Assembly: GCA_024626585.2 (NCBI GenBank)
Contig: JANKJI020000002.1
Span: 14,144,771 to 14,168,562, forward strand
Length of the DNA stretch: 23,792 nucleotides
Direction: 5' to 3'
DNA from: Ginkgo biloba
Lineage: Eukaryota > Plantae > Ginkgophyta
The notes below the pieces were generated by a model. That model was not told the DNA's origin. It saw only the letters and a program-made list of their open reading frames with translations, and made no database searches. Position 1 is the first letter of the stretch; every line of letters starts with the position of its first letter. The position numbers and the translations under genes are program-made. Positions 22,418-23,792 of the stretch are shown here, one piece after another.

Positions 22418-22880
22418 NNNNNNNNNNNNNNNNNNNNNNNNNNNNNNNNNNNNNNNNNNNNNNNNNNNNNNNNNNNNNNNNNNNNNNNNNNNNNNNNNNN
22501 NNNNNNNNNNNNNNNNNATTTTGTAGGTCATCAATTTGGCATCCACGATGCCCGGGAGGCGTAGTCCTCTATTGTTCTCCCCTACATAGGAATGCCCCTT
22601 ATGGCTCCCAGTTCCTCTGTACCTTTTATTTTATTGATGTACACATCCCTCTTGCTATTGTAGATAACATTCATGGTCAATCCTTTGAGGGGGGGTGGCA
22701 TCTCCCCCTTAGGATTATCAATATATCCCTGATAGAGGAAAATCTACATCATCTAAATCCCTTGTAGTTAAGGCTAACTCTACCCTCCCCAAATCATTAC
22801 TTATTAATATAAAGGATTAAATACCCTCCCTAAAGGTTAACTCCATCATCACAAAATATAATCTAGATAAACTAAAGTAA

Positions 22881-23440
22881 GATACCCTAATTTGTAAGTT
22901 CTCTAACATTTAACCTACTCCTAAGGCCCTCTCAGCCTGGGTCGACTCTAACTAGATTCCTCTTGTACAAGGAGAAATTGATCTATCAATCTATGAGAGA
23001 TGATTTTTGTAGTAAACTCCAGCTGCAACAAATACAGAGATATTATCTTTGACAAAGGACCCTATTTTATTAGGTCCTTAAGGGTTTACTTGAATCATTA
23101 GTATGAGAACTTTGAACCCATAGAAGAAATCCCTATAAAAATTCTAGTTTGGATCAGGATTCCTTTTCTTCCTTTGATATCTTTGAAAGGAGGAGTTCAT
23201 GAAAGACGTAGGAAACAACCTTAGAGAATTCATCAAGTTATCTTAAGAACCAAATCTAGACTTCTAGTTGACTATGCTCATATTTGTATGAGGCCCAACT
23301 TGGATGAAGGTCTCTTGAACTCCATCTTTCTAGAGGCAAATGATTCTATGTCCATCAAATAGAAAATAAAGTATGAAAGTATCCCTTTTAACTGCAATTG
23401 TTGTCATGACTATGGAAACTTCATAAGGAACTGTCAAACT
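22881..23440 (+). mobile_element. Decayed L1-clade LINE ORF1 (DUF4283-type region plus CCHC zinc knuckle); element probably extends across 22518-23792
   Basis: Manual translation: DTLICKFSNI*PTPKALSAWVDSN*IPL; RDIIFDKGPYFI..YLNH*YENFEP..ILVWIRIPFLPL; YAHICM; YESIPFNCNCCHDYGNFIRNC (CX2CX4[H>N]X4C at 23393-23434). Stops fall where Trp is expected. Confidence 0.85.
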
Positions 23441-23792
23441 AATCCCCCTCTTCAGGTTAATCAAGATAAACTTTCACCATAGGAAGAGTTCACCCAAGTA
23501 AAAATAAGAAGAAATTGCTCTATAAGGCCTTTCAAAACCCATGATAATAAAGCAAATCAACAACAAATTATCCATACAAACCACTATGAAGCTATAAATG
23601 TGATTACATCATAATTGATTCATGTCACCCTTGAACAGAGTATTGCACCAATTAAAATCACTACTTAAGTAATCACCATGGATCAACACCAGAATCTAAC
23701 TACAAAGGTTCCAATAGAAGCAAGGGAAATCCCTTCTAATTAATAAACCATCAAATTTGTAGGTCAATATGAACCTCTCCAAAACTCTAATA

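Overview
AT-rich plant nuclear DNA, most likely a gymnosperm (inferred from the retrotransposon type), from a gapped and probably hard-masked scaffold. The one intact gene is a spliced, + strand gene for a 5-KH-domain RNA-binding protein of the HEN4-like (hnRNP K/E, PCBP-type) family. It has 7 coding exons from ATG 7780 to TGA 13207 (about 702 aa), all with GT-AG introns in consistent phases. It also has an unseen upstream 5'UTR exon and a probable 3'UTR intron. It is flanked by decayed retroelements: a Ty3/gypsy Tat-clade pol fragment with an extra RNase H placed before RT (5640-6748, +), a chromovirus-type Ty3/gypsy RT fragment (21301-22417, -) and an L1-LINE ORF1 remnant (about 22880-23440, +). 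Several local tandem or direct duplications and a possible solo LTR lie downstream. I see no convincing novel biological system. The best leads concern splicing architecture of the KH gene (3'UTR intron, possible distal spliced exons, an AG|GT dual site, a duplicated KH-pair module) and the unusual Tat element.
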